Source: an uncultured delta proteobacterium
GTDB lineage: Bacteria > Desulfobacterota > Desulfobaccia > Desulfobaccales > 0-14-0-80-60-11
Assembly: GCA_963812015.1 (NCBI GenBank)
Contig: CAWETI010000003.1
Location: forward strand, 800,001 to 864,000
Direction of reading: 5' to 3'
Length of the DNA stretch: 64,000 nt
In this document: positions 10,597-21,088 of the stretch, one piece after another
Layout of the letters: each line of letters opens with the position of its first letter
How positions within the stretch are numbered: position 1 is the first letter of the stretch
Made by a program: the position numbers and the translations under genes
The notes under the pieces: generated by a model
Seen by the model: only the letters and a program-made list of their open reading frames with translations
The model's database searches: none
What the model was told of the DNA's origin: nothing

Positions 10597-11640
10597 TTAA
10601 GGACCATATTTGAGTTTCCAATTAATTGATTTCCTAGTTTTTTCTGTAATATGAATTGAAAGCCTTTCCATGAACCCCTTAATATGCTACATTGCTTTCC
10701 AAGCCTCATATTCATCGTAGTCATAACGGGGGTGCATGGTGGGGTGTCTATAAACAATTTTGAAAGCTCTCAATTTGCCAATAATACCACGATAAAAAGA
10801 TAGTGCTGCATCTTTTTCTGGGCCAGCATGGGCACTTTCCATTGGATCAACTTTCTTTTCAATATCTCTAATTATTATTCCCCATTCACCCCATTCCAAA
10901 GGTTTATTCTTTAGCGTAACCCCCCTCTCTCGCGCGAGTGCCCTTAATCCATATTCAGCAATTCTCATTAGATGAAATATTATAGCAGTATATAAATTTG
11001 CTGCGTAACAATTGCCAGCGTTTTTAATGTCATTAGCAGCATCTTTAAAAGCATTTTTGACATTTTCTCCGAATAAAGCCTCTTGTTCAAAATATTCCTG
11101 CTTCGCAACAGGTATATATGCAAATTTATGCCTATCTAATTCTATCAATATTGTTTGATTTAATCCTGTTATCTAAGTTGTAATTTCATCATAGCTAAAA
11201 CATGGTATATTAAACTTTCGACATTCATAAATCCATTTTTCTAATAAATTGATACGGTCAAGCGATGATGCTAATTCTGCTTTCTTCAATTCTGGTTTTG
11301 CAGATGCAATAATTTTCAAAATTATATCTTCCTCATAAGAAGATATTTTCGGTAAATTACCTAAATATCTTTCATGTACAGCAATATTTGCAATATATTT
11401 CATAGCCAATCCTTCAAGATCAGAAATTAATTGAGCAATATTGTTTACCCTTAATTCTATCAATTCCCGAAGGCTCCATAGGCGAGATGAATCACCATCC
11501 CACGGTAGAGCCTTTTTGTCAAGGCAGTCTTTGTTGTAAAGAACCCATGGCCCCGCCCCACCATTTATGCTATGGTGAGTTTGCCCGATTCCCATTTCCT
11601 GGAGGTTAGGAGCCATGGCTGGTAAGTTCTGTCCGTTCAC
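10597..11640 (-). pseudogene. AT-rich HEPN-like cargo protein interrupted by two in-frame TAG codons
   Basis: One continuous frame from 11640 to TAA at 10597 with TAG at 11173-75 and 10687-89; R-x4-H motif RHPTMH; FHLMRIAE segment. Start codon uncertain. Confidence 0.7.
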
Positions 11641-12219
11641 TAAAGTAGCCTGTAATGAAAATTGTCAGTTGTATGTTAAAAATACACTTTACGGAAATGG
11701 GTGTGTTTTCTCAATAACCTTGGGTCGTTTAATAAGTATAGACCACAGTATGGGGAAACTCCTTCAAAAGCCTTAGACATCATAGCGAATTGGTAATTGA
11801 TCAAGGGCGGTCGCCACTTCGCTATGTAACAAGGTCGGTCCAAACAAAACTTGGATATCATTTGGGTGTATTCCACCCTCTGTCTTGATAAACTCTTTGA
11901 CTAGGTCAACTACTTTTTCTTTCAGAATGTCTCTTTGGCTTGTAGTTTCCATAAGTTACCTAATTTCATGATTTTAGTGTACATTGTGAAGGGGATAATC
12001 GCCAAAAATTATTGGTCGCACATCCATTAAATATCGCCGCATAAGCTAAATGGATTGATATCTGCTCTATCTGCGCGAGTTCAATCAAAATAACAGGTAG
12101 TTGATATGGTTATCATAGTTGGATATAAGAACCTGGGGGAATTTTAAATTTTAGCATTCAATGCAGGGTTACCTTTGATCTTGGTCTGATGATTGTCAAT
12201 TTAAATCTCGGGCATTAGA

Positions 12220-12555
12220 TCTTCACCCCTCCGACCGCGCCCTCCCCATCAAGGGGGAGGAGGGATAAGGAATATTCTGGGCGATGCGCACCGATAGAGG
12301 GCGGACACGCAGGTCCGTCCCTACGCCCCCCTCACCCCAGCCCTCTCCCCCCGAAAGCGGATGGAGAGGGGGTTAGAGGAACACAGGCTGGAAAGCCTAT
12401 GCTACCAAAAATAGCTGTGCCCAAGCTGAGTTTGGGCGGAAAGTGGCGTTCCCATGTGCAACTTGGGAACGAGGGGAGGGCGCCCCAACGGGAGGTGCCC
12501 AAGCTCAGCTTGGGCTAAAATTTGCGTTCCCAAGCAGGAGCTTGGGAACGAGAAA
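12220..12555. repeat. Cluster of several REP-like palindromic units
   Basis: CCCCTCACCCCAGCCCTCTCCC...GGAGAGGG, GGGCGGAC..GTCCGTCC, and two GCCCAAGCT..TTGGGC / GTTCCCA..TTGGGAACGAG pairs. Confidence 0.8.
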
Positions 12556-12649
12556 CGAGGGCGGGAAAATATAGTTTGAAGGCTTCGGTCATACCGGCGG
12601 ATCCTCAGAAACCATGTTCCCCCTCACCCTAACCCTTGTATGTTAAAGG

Positions 12650-13806
<1,157 letters not shown>

Positions 13807-14034
13807 CATCTAACACAGTCGCTCTTCGGTTGCCCCTGCCTTTGATCCGGACTCATGGGTATCTCTTAAGCATCAAGGAGAATATATTCAATGCTAGTCT
13901 TACTATTCCCCCCTAAAAATGTTATCCGTAAAAGCATCCATTTTAGTTTGGAGAACTATGGGGAACTCCCTCGGTAACTCCTTCACCCGGACGAGGAGAG
14001 GTTATCTTTTTCGAAATGGCAGGAAAATCTGGTT

Positions 14035-15066
14035 ATGCCCGCATTGATCCCCGGTAATTTTCACACCACCGCCATGGCCATCCTGCCCCACGATCAGGCG
14101 GAGCCGGCCCTGGAACTGGCCCTCTCCCTGGACATCCCCTTTTGGCCTCAACTGCCCCATTTGAGCTATTATGAAGACATGTATGTCCAGGCTGCGGAGC
14201 ATTTCCCCGGCATCCTGCTCTTCCCGGAGGAAAACCGCCTCCGGTTCGATACGGAAAAGTTCTCTGAGGGCCTGCCCCAGCTCCTGGAACACTGGGAGGA
14301 TCTGGCGTATTTTGATATTTCGCCCCAATATTCCGTGGTCTATCATCGCTTTCTCGAGTTGGACCTCAGCGGCTATGTCGCCATCCGGGGGCAGCTGGAA
14401 GGCCCCATCAGCTTCGGCTTGAAGATCCTGGACGAAAACGACCGGCCGGTCATCTTCAATGATGACGTGCGGCCCACCCTGATGGACTTCATGGCCCGCC
14501 GGGTCCAATCCCAACTGAACCGCCTCAAGGCCAAGCACCCCCGGGCCTTTATGTTCATTGACGAGCCGGGGCTGCAGTTCATTTTCAGCTCCGTCTCCGG
14601 CTACCCGGACATGAGGGCCAAAGAAGACCTGGACCGGTTCCTGGCCCAAATCGAGCGGCCCCGGGGCATCCACCTCTGCGGCAATCCCGATTGGGAGTTT
14701 CTCCTCAACCGGGACCTGGACATCCTGTCCATGGACATTTACACCAACGCCGAGATCTTCCAGTGTTACGGCCAGGCCATCCGCCGGTTTCTGGAGCGGG
14801 GCGGAGTGCTGGCCTGGGGCCTGGTCCCCACCGGCTTTGAGGCCTTCACCCAGGAAAGTCAGGACCACCTCATCACCCACCTGGAAAACCTCTGGCTCAC
14901 CCTCCTCAAGGCCGGCATTGACCGGGACCAGCTCCTGGCCCAGAGCTTGCTCTCCCCGGCCACCTGCTGCCTCATCAACCCGGACCGGGAGAAAACCGTG
15001 GCCCAGGCCTATGCCTGGCTCCGGGAGGTGTCCCACCACCTCCGGGACAAGTATCATCTAGAATGA
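14035..15066 (+). CDS. Core (single-barrel, cobalamin-independent-type) methionine synthase-like protein
   Basis: PFWPQLP, FIDEP, Zn-ligand GIHLCG, WGLVPT and C-terminal PATCC. Confidence 0.7.
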   Translation: MPALIPGNFHTTAMAILPHDQAEPALELALSLDIPFWPQLPHLSYYEDMYVQAAEHFPGILLFPEENRLRFDTEKFSEGLPQLLEHWEDLAYFDISPQYSVVYHRFLELDLSGYVAIRGQLEGPISFGLKILDENDRPVIFNDDVRPTLMDFMARRVQSQLNRLKAKHPRAFMFIDEPGLQFIFSSVSGYPDMRAKEDLDRFLAQIERPRGIHLCGNPDWEFLLNRDLDILSMDIYTNAEIFQCYGQAIRRFLERGGVLAWGLVPTGFEAFTQESQDHLITHLENLWLTLLKAGIDRDQLLAQSLLSPATCCLINPDREKTVAQAYAWLREVSHHLRDKYHLE

Positions 15067-15072
15067 TCCGTC

Positions 15073-15834
15073 ATGACTGAGCGGCAGACCCCGGCCATTG
15101 TGCTGACCGTGCGGGATTACGGCGAGGCGGACCTCCTGGTGACCTTCCTCACCCCGGAACACGGCCCCCTCACCGGCATCGCCAAGCACGCCAAAAAAAG
15201 CCGCCGCCGCTTCGCCCACTGCCTGGAGCCCTTGAGCCGGGTGCGGTTTTTCCTGTCGCCCCGTGTCGGCCGGGACCTGGAGTTCCTGCAAAAAGGCGAG
15301 CTGGTCAGATCTTTTCCGGCCCTGCGCCGGGACCTGAAGCGGCTGGGGGCCGCGGCGCTCCTGGCCGAAGTGGCTGGCCTCCTGGCCGGCCCCCCGGAGG
15401 CCTACCAGGAGATTTTCACCGCCCTGGAGGAAGCCCTGGCCCTCCTGGAGCAGGGCTTACCTCCCGATTCCCTGCTGCCCGCCTTTCTGCTCCACCTCCT
15501 GGGCCTGGGGGGCTACCGGCCCCGTCTCCACCACTGCGGGCTCTGCGGCAATGAGCCCGCACCGCCCCTTAACTTCAGCCTCCCCCGGGGCGGCATATTC
15601 TGCGGCGCCTGCAGCCGTCAGGCCCCGGGGCCCTTGTTGCCTCTCTCCCCCGGGGCCTGGAAACTCTTGCGCCTGGCCCAGGACCTGCCCCGGGACAAAC
15701 TCACCCGCCTGCGCTTCCCCCCCCAGCAGCGGGACCAAAGCCTGTTAATCTTCAAGGCCTTTCTGCGCTACCACCTGGGCAAGGACCTGAAATCCTGGTC
15801 TTTTTGGGAAAAAGTCAACCGCTCCCCGGGGTGA
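15073..15834 (+). CDS. recO: DNA repair protein RecO
   Basis: DYGEAD.LVTFLT...AKHAKKSRRRF, Zn finger CxxC...CxxC. Confidence 0.93.
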   Translation: MTERQTPAIVLTVRDYGEADLLVTFLTPEHGPLTGIAKHAKKSRRRFAHCLEPLSRVRFFLSPRVGRDLEFLQKGELVRSFPALRRDLKRLGAAALLAEVAGLLAGPPEAYQEIFTALEEALALLEQGLPPDSLLPAFLLHLLGLGGYRPRLHHCGLCGNEPAPPLNFSLPRGGIFCGACSRQAPGPLLPLSPGAWKLLRLAQDLPRDKLTRLRFPPQQRDQSLLIFKAFLRYHLGKDLKSWSFWEKVNRSPG

Positions 15835-15892
15835 CGAATCACTGCTTCAGGGCGTTTTATCCTAAGTTGCGCTCATATAGGTAATAGTGTTT

Positions 15893-16192
15893 TGTCGGGG
15901 CGGACCTAGATGTCCCCCCTGATGGATGGCGCATACGCAGGTGCGCCCCTACAGGCAGACGCTTTCCTTACTTCTATAGAGAGCAACATGGTATAAAAAT
16001 ATCTCCCTCTCCACCCGTGGGCGGGGTGAGTGGGGCTGATTTTGCAGGAGAGCAATTGCCAAAAGTTTTTTCCGTTATGGCGCCTGCTCCAAGAACCTAA
16101 ATCCCCCCTATCCCCCCTTTTCCCAAGGGGGGAACTTAGCGGAATTCCTTTTAAAGTCCCCCTTTGACAAAGGGGGATTTAGGGGGATTTAA
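15893..16192. repeat. REP-like palindromes
   Basis: GGCGCATACGCAGGTGCGCCCCTACA; AAATCCCCCCT...; TCCCCCTTTGACAAAGGGGGATTTAGGGGGATTT. Confidence 0.75.
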
Positions 16193-16257
16193 AAACCATC
16201 CATGGGAAGGAATTTTTGGCAAACGCTCTACGAGAGGGTTCCCTCCGGCAGGTGCAT

Positions 16258-17139
16258 ATGATCGATACTGCGATAACTTCACATACCCTTTCGCCCTTCC
16301 TGGTGCCCGGCGTCTTCCTCCTGCTCCTGGCCCTGGAAGCCCTGCGCCCCCTGCGCCGCTTAAAACGCTCCCGGGGCCCACGCTATATCGTCAACGGCGC
16401 CCTCACCGGTCTGGGCTTCCTCGCGGGGGTGCTCGTGGTCAGGCCCGCGGCCCTGGGGGGCGCCCTCTGGGCCCAGCGCCACTCCTTCGGGCTCCTCAAC
16501 CTGGCGGCCCTGCCCCTCTGGATCAAGGTGGCCGCCGGGGTCCTCCTCATGGACCTCACCTTCTATTACTGGCACCGCCTCAACCACACCCGGCCCCTCC
16601 TCTGGCGTTTCCACAACGTTCACCACGCCGACCCGGACATGGACGTGACCACCTCGTTCCGCTTTCACTTCGGCGAGGTGCTCTATTCCACGGTCTTCCG
16701 CCTCCTCCAGGTGGGGCTGATCGGGGTTGCGCCCCTCACCTATGTGGTCTATGAGGCGGCGTTCAACTGCGCCACCCTGTTCCACCACAGCAATCTGCGC
16801 CTGCCCGTGGCCTGGGAGCGGCGTCTGAACCGGGTCTTCGTCACCCCCCGCATGCACGGGGTGCACCATTCCGCGGTGGGCCCTGAGACCAACTCCAATT
16901 ATTCGGTGATCTTTTCCTGGTGGGACCGGCTGAACCGGAGCCTGAAGCTCAACGTCGGCCAAAGGAACATCGTCATCGGGGTCCCCGGCTACCTGCGGCC
17001 GGGGGATAACCGCATCCTGCCCATGCTGGCCCTGCCCTTCCGCCAACAGCGCCCTTACTGGCGCTGGCCCAGCGGCAAGGCGTCGCTCCGGGTCAAACCG
17101 GTGGGGACGCCGGACCGACCGGAGATCATGGCGGCATAA
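16258..17139 (+). CDS. Sterol desaturase/fatty acid hydroxylase family protein
   Basis: His boxes HRLNH, HNVHH, FHHSN and HGVHH. Confidence 0.92.
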   Translation: MIDTAITSHTLSPFLVPGVFLLLLALEALRPLRRLKRSRGPRYIVNGALTGLGFLAGVLVVRPAALGGALWAQRHSFGLLNLAALPLWIKVAAGVLLMDLTFYYWHRLNHTRPLLWRFHNVHHADPDMDVTTSFRFHFGEVLYSTVFRLLQVGLIGVAPLTYVVYEAAFNCATLFHHSNLRLPVAWERRLNRVFVTPRMHGVHHSAVGPETNSNYSVIFSWWDRLNRSLKLNVGQRNIVIGVPGYLRPGDNRILPMLALPFRQQRPYWRWPSGKASLRVKPVGTPDRPEIMAA

Positions 17140-17463
17140 TATCTTGCCGATTTTCATCGAATGAACGAGGGGGTTTCCGTTGTTGCAGATGATAAGATAA
17201 TTCTATTTATGATAACGATATCAAATAAATCTGATGATGCTTTAAAAGGGGGATATATAGCAGATATTCAGGCCTCTGGTGCAGACCATGGTGTGATAAA
17301 GACGTTCAATTTACGAGGTTATCTCAGAGGCTCCCAAGATTAATTCCTTCTTCGATCCATTCATCAAATTTTAATATTTATCAAACAAAAATATAACATT
17401 CGAAAGTGACAATAGACCTGCAAAGAACCCAAAGATAGTGATTTGTCCATAGTCTCGGTAGAA

Positions 17464-17562
17464 GGACAGGGGAGGATCTTTGAGTCCGGTCCGACCCAGA
17501 AAATCTTTAGCAACCCCTCGCACCAGAAAACTCAAGATTATATTAACGGCCGTTTTGGTTGA
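17464..17562 (+). pseudogene. pstB: C-terminal remnant of phosphate ABC ATPase PstB
   Basis: Translates [30 protein letters not shown], the characteristic PstB terminus. Confidence 0.75.
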
Positions 17563-17623
17563 ATCCATCGAGATTCAAAAACTACAGGTGAGGGAGATCT
17601 ACAGACCCTCAGTGGGGCCTAAC

Positions 17624-17704
17624 ATGGAAGAAATCCTGGTTTGCGTAGCCATGATCATCATCATCTATGTGTTCATGGCCTTCGCATATAAGAAAGGGTG
17701 GTAG
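17624..17704 (+). CDS. Possible 26-aa single-TM small protein
   Basis: MEEILVCVAMIIIIYVFMAFAYKKGW with a purine-rich upstream site. Confidence 0.35.
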   Translation: MEEILVCVAMIIIIYVFMAFAYKKGW

Positions 17705-17815
17705 GCGCAGAAAGCGAATTTTTAATATTTCCGAAGCCAAAAGGAAACAATGGCGTGAGACAATATATATCAACGATTCAAGGTTAAGAAACTTAGTTTC
17801 CAAAAGGGAGATACC

Positions 17816-18043
17816 GTGTCCCATATAGACTATGTGGTCAAGGCGGCAGAGGCGTTGGATGCTCCCGGGGAGATTTGGCTCTTCCGCGACAAGATCTTTT
17901 ACGATCCCGCCAGCCGGGAATGGTGTTTTACCGGTTCTCCTTCGAAGGGATTGAAGTTTATCGGAGAAACAAGGTATTGGGTCCTTAAAATTTGCGGCTG
18001 GCTCCAATGCAAATACCCAGAAGGGCCTATCTGTTCCATCTGA
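17816..18043 (+). CDS. Hypothetical protein
   Basis: GGGAG RBS before GTG; 75 aa. Confidence 0.45.
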   Translation: MSHIDYVVKAAEALDAPGEIWLFRDKIFYDPASREWCFTGSPSKGLKFIGETRYWVLKICGWLQCKYPEGPICSI

Positions 18044-18096
18044 CAGTCATCCCCATCGGAGGACAAGTTATCTTTTGCGAAGGAAGGTAAAGGACC

Positions 18097-18222
18097 ATGG
18101 ATGCTGCCATAGATGAATCAACCTCCCGGGAAAAGCAGCAGGCCGTAGAGAATCTCCGGAATGAATTACACAAGATATATTGGGCCCTAGTTGGCAAAGA
18201 GCCTGACGCCGTAGTAGTATAA
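18097..18222 (+). CDS. Possible 41-aa small protein
   Basis: AAGGA RBS; MDAAIDESTSREKQQAVENLRNELHKIYWALVGKEPDAVVV. Confidence 0.4.
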   Translation: MDAAIDESTSREKQQAVENLRNELHKIYWALVGKEPDAVVV

Positions 18223-18301
18223 CCCGAGGCTGAATCTGTCATTATCTCCGGCGAGCAACGTAAAGCAGCGCCAGGTCATATAATAACCAGGCAATCATAT
18301 T

Positions 18302-18985
18302 ATGGATATTCTCTATCATCTCGTCATACAATATGGGTATCTGGGAATTTTTATCTTGCTTATGGTGGGCATTTTCGGCATTCCGCTCCCGGATGAATTC
18401 TTGGTGCTCTTCATCGGTTACCTGGTTTTTCGGGGGGACTTGCAGTTTATCCCCGCGGCCCTCGCCGTGATCTCCGGAAGCATCTGCGGTATCTCAGTAA
18501 ATTATGTGGTCGGGAGAATTATCGGTGACCGTATTTTCAAAACCTCGGCTTACTTTTTCCCTAAGGGGCCGCAAAAGCTCAGCCATCTGACGAATTGGTT
18601 AGCCCAGTCAGGGGGGAAAGTCTTGTTCATGGCGTATTTCTCGCCGGGGACCAGACATTGGGCCCCGGTAGGGGCCGGAATCGCTGGGATGTCCCCTAGG
18701 GTTGGCGCTCTCTTTGCTTTTCCGGCCGCGGCACTCTGGTCATTGGCCGTTATCTGGTTGGGCTATCATTTTGGCCAAGAAGAGGTTTGCCTGTCCCAAA
18801 GATTTTTATTCCCTTATCTTCAGGTCATGAGCGGGGGGATCATCCTCTCGGGGCTCCTGTGGTACTTTTTTATAAGAACCAGACGCCTGCAGCGATGGTG
18901 CTCCCTTAAGAAAATAAGAAAATCACTCCCTGACCCGGTAGCCAACCCCCCGCACGGTCTCGATGTATTTGGCCGCGGCGCCTAA
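18302..18985 (+). CDS. DedA family membrane protein
   Basis: YGYLGIF...GIPLPDE...G motif pattern. Confidence 0.9.
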   Translation: MDILYHLVIQYGYLGIFILLMVGIFGIPLPDEFLVLFIGYLVFRGDLQFIPAALAVISGSICGISVNYVVGRIIGDRIFKTSAYFFPKGPQKLSHLTNWLAQSGGKVLFMAYFSPGTRHWAPVGAGIAGMSPRVGALFAFPAAALWSLAVIWLGYHFGQEEVCLSQRFLFPYLQVMSGGIILSGLLWYFFIRTRRLQRWCSLKKIRKSLPDPVANPPHGLDVFGRGA

Positions 18986-19609
18986 TTTTTTGCGCAACGT
19001 CACAATCTGAACGTCCACGGCCCGGTCGGAGACGGCGTAATTGTCCCCATGCACGCCGGCCACAATTTGGGACCGGGTAAAAACCCAACCTGGCTTACGG
19101 GCCATCAGGTGCAGGAGGCGGAATTCCGACGCGGTTAAATCCACGGGGCAGGCCGCGACCAGCACTGCGTGGCAGCCGGGTTTGATCGTCATTTCGTGAA
19201 GGTTCACCACCGCGCCCTCTTCCGAAGGCTCAACCCGACGGGTGCGCAGCACCGCCCGCAAACGGGCCAATAACACCCGGGTGCTGAAGGGCTTAGTGAT
19301 ATAGTCATCGGCGCCCAACTCCAACCCGGTGACCACGTCCGCTTCTTCCCCTTTGGCCGTGAGCATGATGATCGGCACCTGCCGGGTCATGGCGCCCTGT
19401 TTGAGCAGGCGACAAACCTCCAACCCATCCATCCCGGGAAGCATGAGATCCAGTAAAATGAGGTCCGGCAGGCTGGACCGGGCAATTTGGACGCATTCTT
19501 CCCCGGAGGAGAGCGCGGTTACCCGATACCCTTCTCTGGCCAGATTGTAGGTGAGGAGTTCCAGGATGTCCTCCTCATCCTCCACTGCGATAATGTGTTC
19601 TTTAGCCAT
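18923..19609 (-). CDS. phoB: PhoB/OmpR family response regulator
   Basis: REC domain (LDLMLPG, GADDYITKPFS) plus wHTH (IETVRGVGY); PstB remnant nearby. Confidence 0.85.
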   Translation of the reverse strand: MAKEHIIAVEDEEDILELLTYNLAREGYRVTALSSGEECVQIARSSLPDLILLDLMLPGMDGLEVCRLLKQGAMTRQVPIIMLTAKGEEADVVTGLELGADDYITKPFSTRVLLARLRAVLRTRRVEPSEEGAVVNLHEMTIKPGCHAVLVAACPVDLTASEFRLLHLMARKPGWVFTRSQIVAGVHGDNYAVSDRAVDVQIVTLRKKLGAAAKYIETVRGVGYRVRE

Positions 19610-19726
19610 GGAGCCCCCTGTTTGCGCTGTCGAGCTTGCCGGTGATGGGTAACCACACCCTCTGCATCAAGCTTAAAAAGGCAGTGCCAGGAAAATCTCG
19701 GCCAGGTAAGCTCTGCTCTGCCGGCA

Positions 19727-20377
19727 TCAAAAGAAAATTTCGTAGACGCCGATGAAAATGAGAATCGAGCCAGAGATCACCCCGGATAACTTGCCCAGCC
19801 GGTGAAATCCGAAAATACCGCTTGATATGCCAATCCATATCGTAATGATGCTGAAAAAAAAGACAGAGATTGTCGTTAAAATGGGACTGAGGCCCAACAT
19901 CCCCGCCCCGACTCCATTGGGTATATTATTTAAAGTCAAGCCCAGGGCTAATGCGGTTGCTTCCTTCAAGTCGATATGCCCGGAGAGATCCCAGTCGGCT
20001 ATAATCGGGTTGTTAAGAATCGAGATTATTTGACGAAAACCAAATCTAGAATGAGCAGTTTCGGCAACAAGTTGTTTTTCTTCCTGGGGCTCTTTGCCCC
20101 GGCACATGACTTTCTCCTGGAATATTACCCAGATCCCGGCAGCTATTATGATGCTTCCCCCCAATAAACCAGCCATTTCAGGGCTTGTAAAAAGATAGAT
20201 GCTCTGCCCGAGGAGTATTGACAAAAGGGTGCCGCTTGAGGTAATCGAGGCAATAAGCAGGTTGGAGGTAAAGGGAATGTTAATCTTCCTAACGCCATAA
20301 GAAACGCCCACTCCGATATTATCAAGATTACTAGATAATGACAGTAACAAGATGGTCGCCAGATGTAGCGTTTGCAT
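19727..20377 (-). CDS. YtaF/MntP family membrane protein
   Basis: SNLDNIGVGVSYG, D.D.SG.I..KEA..L...LTLNN...G.GAG. Confidence 0.85.
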   Translation of the reverse strand: MQTLHLATILLLSLSSNLDNIGVGVSYGVRKINIPFTSNLLIASITSSGTLLSILLGQSIYLFTSPEMAGLLGGSIIIAAGIWVIFQEKVMCRGKEPQEEKQLVAETAHSRFGFRQIISILNNPIIADWDLSGHIDLKEATALALGLTLNNIPNGVGAGMLGLSPILTTISVFFFSIITIWIGISSGIFGFHRLGKLSGVISGSILIFIGVYEIFF

Positions 20378-20646
20378 TTACCGCTCTCTGAGAATATCAG
20401 GTTTATCGTTGGCTTCCCAAGGCAAGGGAAGCTCAATTCGCCCCTGATCCGACTCATTGCTTCGGTGCAATAACCAGGGAGGAAAAAATCCGCATACTCG
20501 ATATATACTCAATAAGTTAAGATTACACAATGATCAGGTTTCGATATATATCGCCGGATATTACTAAAGATTTACTGAGGAATAGCTTTGCAGAGCCTAC
20601 CGCATCCGGGATAAAGGTATGGTTGATATCTCGGATTTATACAAAA

Positions 20647-20685
20647 TTAACCTTATGCTAACCATAAAATAACTTAATAATAATC
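20647..20685. promoter_or_regulatory. Four 11-bp-periodic direct repeats, putative Pho boxes
   Basis: TTAACC (20647), CTAACC (20658), ATAACT (20669), ATAATC (20680). Confidence 0.6.
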
Positions 20686-21088
20686 TTTGAGATCAAGAAG
20701 AATTATCAGACGATCTTAGACAGAACGGGTTGATTACCGTAAAGGTGGCGGCCGGATGTCGGTTTCCCTTCACCCGGGTAGGCTTAAGACCCCTTCAAGC
20801 CGGCACGCAGCCCCGATTTAGGCCAAAAATCTCGGTTCAATGCAAACCCAGAAAGTTTATTCTTTAGGGAATTTCTTCCCACCCCATGCCCACCCCTTTT
20901 TACTCCTCATAAAAAATAACCAAAAATTAATAGAACTAACATACTATAAAAATATACTCCTTGTAATAATGCTCTAAACAAATTACTGGCAATTAATATA
21001 ATACTTGCTGACTTGCAGTGCGCACTTTCGTTGAAAGTGCAATATACTATTAGTGTTGTTAAAGAAATAAAAAAGGAGGTTAACCGGT

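Larger units (their letters stand above)
9636..12003 (+). mobile_element. IS1595-family element carrying a passenger gene
   Basis: 24-bp terminal inverted repeats GGCGATTATCCCCTT(G/C)ACAATGTA with 1 mismatch at 9636 and 12003; no clean target duplication seen. Confidence 0.9.

Noticed and set aside
7745..11175. Genome-wide TAG recoding suggested by three in-frame ambers
   Set aside because: TAG ends normal genes here (for example 43954-43956), and other pseudogenes carry in-frame TAA (50005, 57249), so general decay is sufficient.
9628..12011. 8-bp target-site duplication of the IS1595
   Set aside because: Flanks TTAAATTT and AAAAATTA match at only 5 of 8 positions.
12220..12555. Repeated palindromes as a CRISPR array
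   Set aside because: Units are heterogeneous, lack regular repeat-spacer periodicity, and no cas genes are present.
14002..15057. Long antisense ORFs (351 aa here; also 30483-31328, 31500-32420, 16360-17157)
   Set aside because: Shadow frames of GC-rich genes that have clear family motifs on the opposite strand.
20378..20520. yybP-ykoY manganese riboswitch upstream of the YtaF/MntP gene
   Set aside because: The conserved riboswitch motifs were not recognisable.
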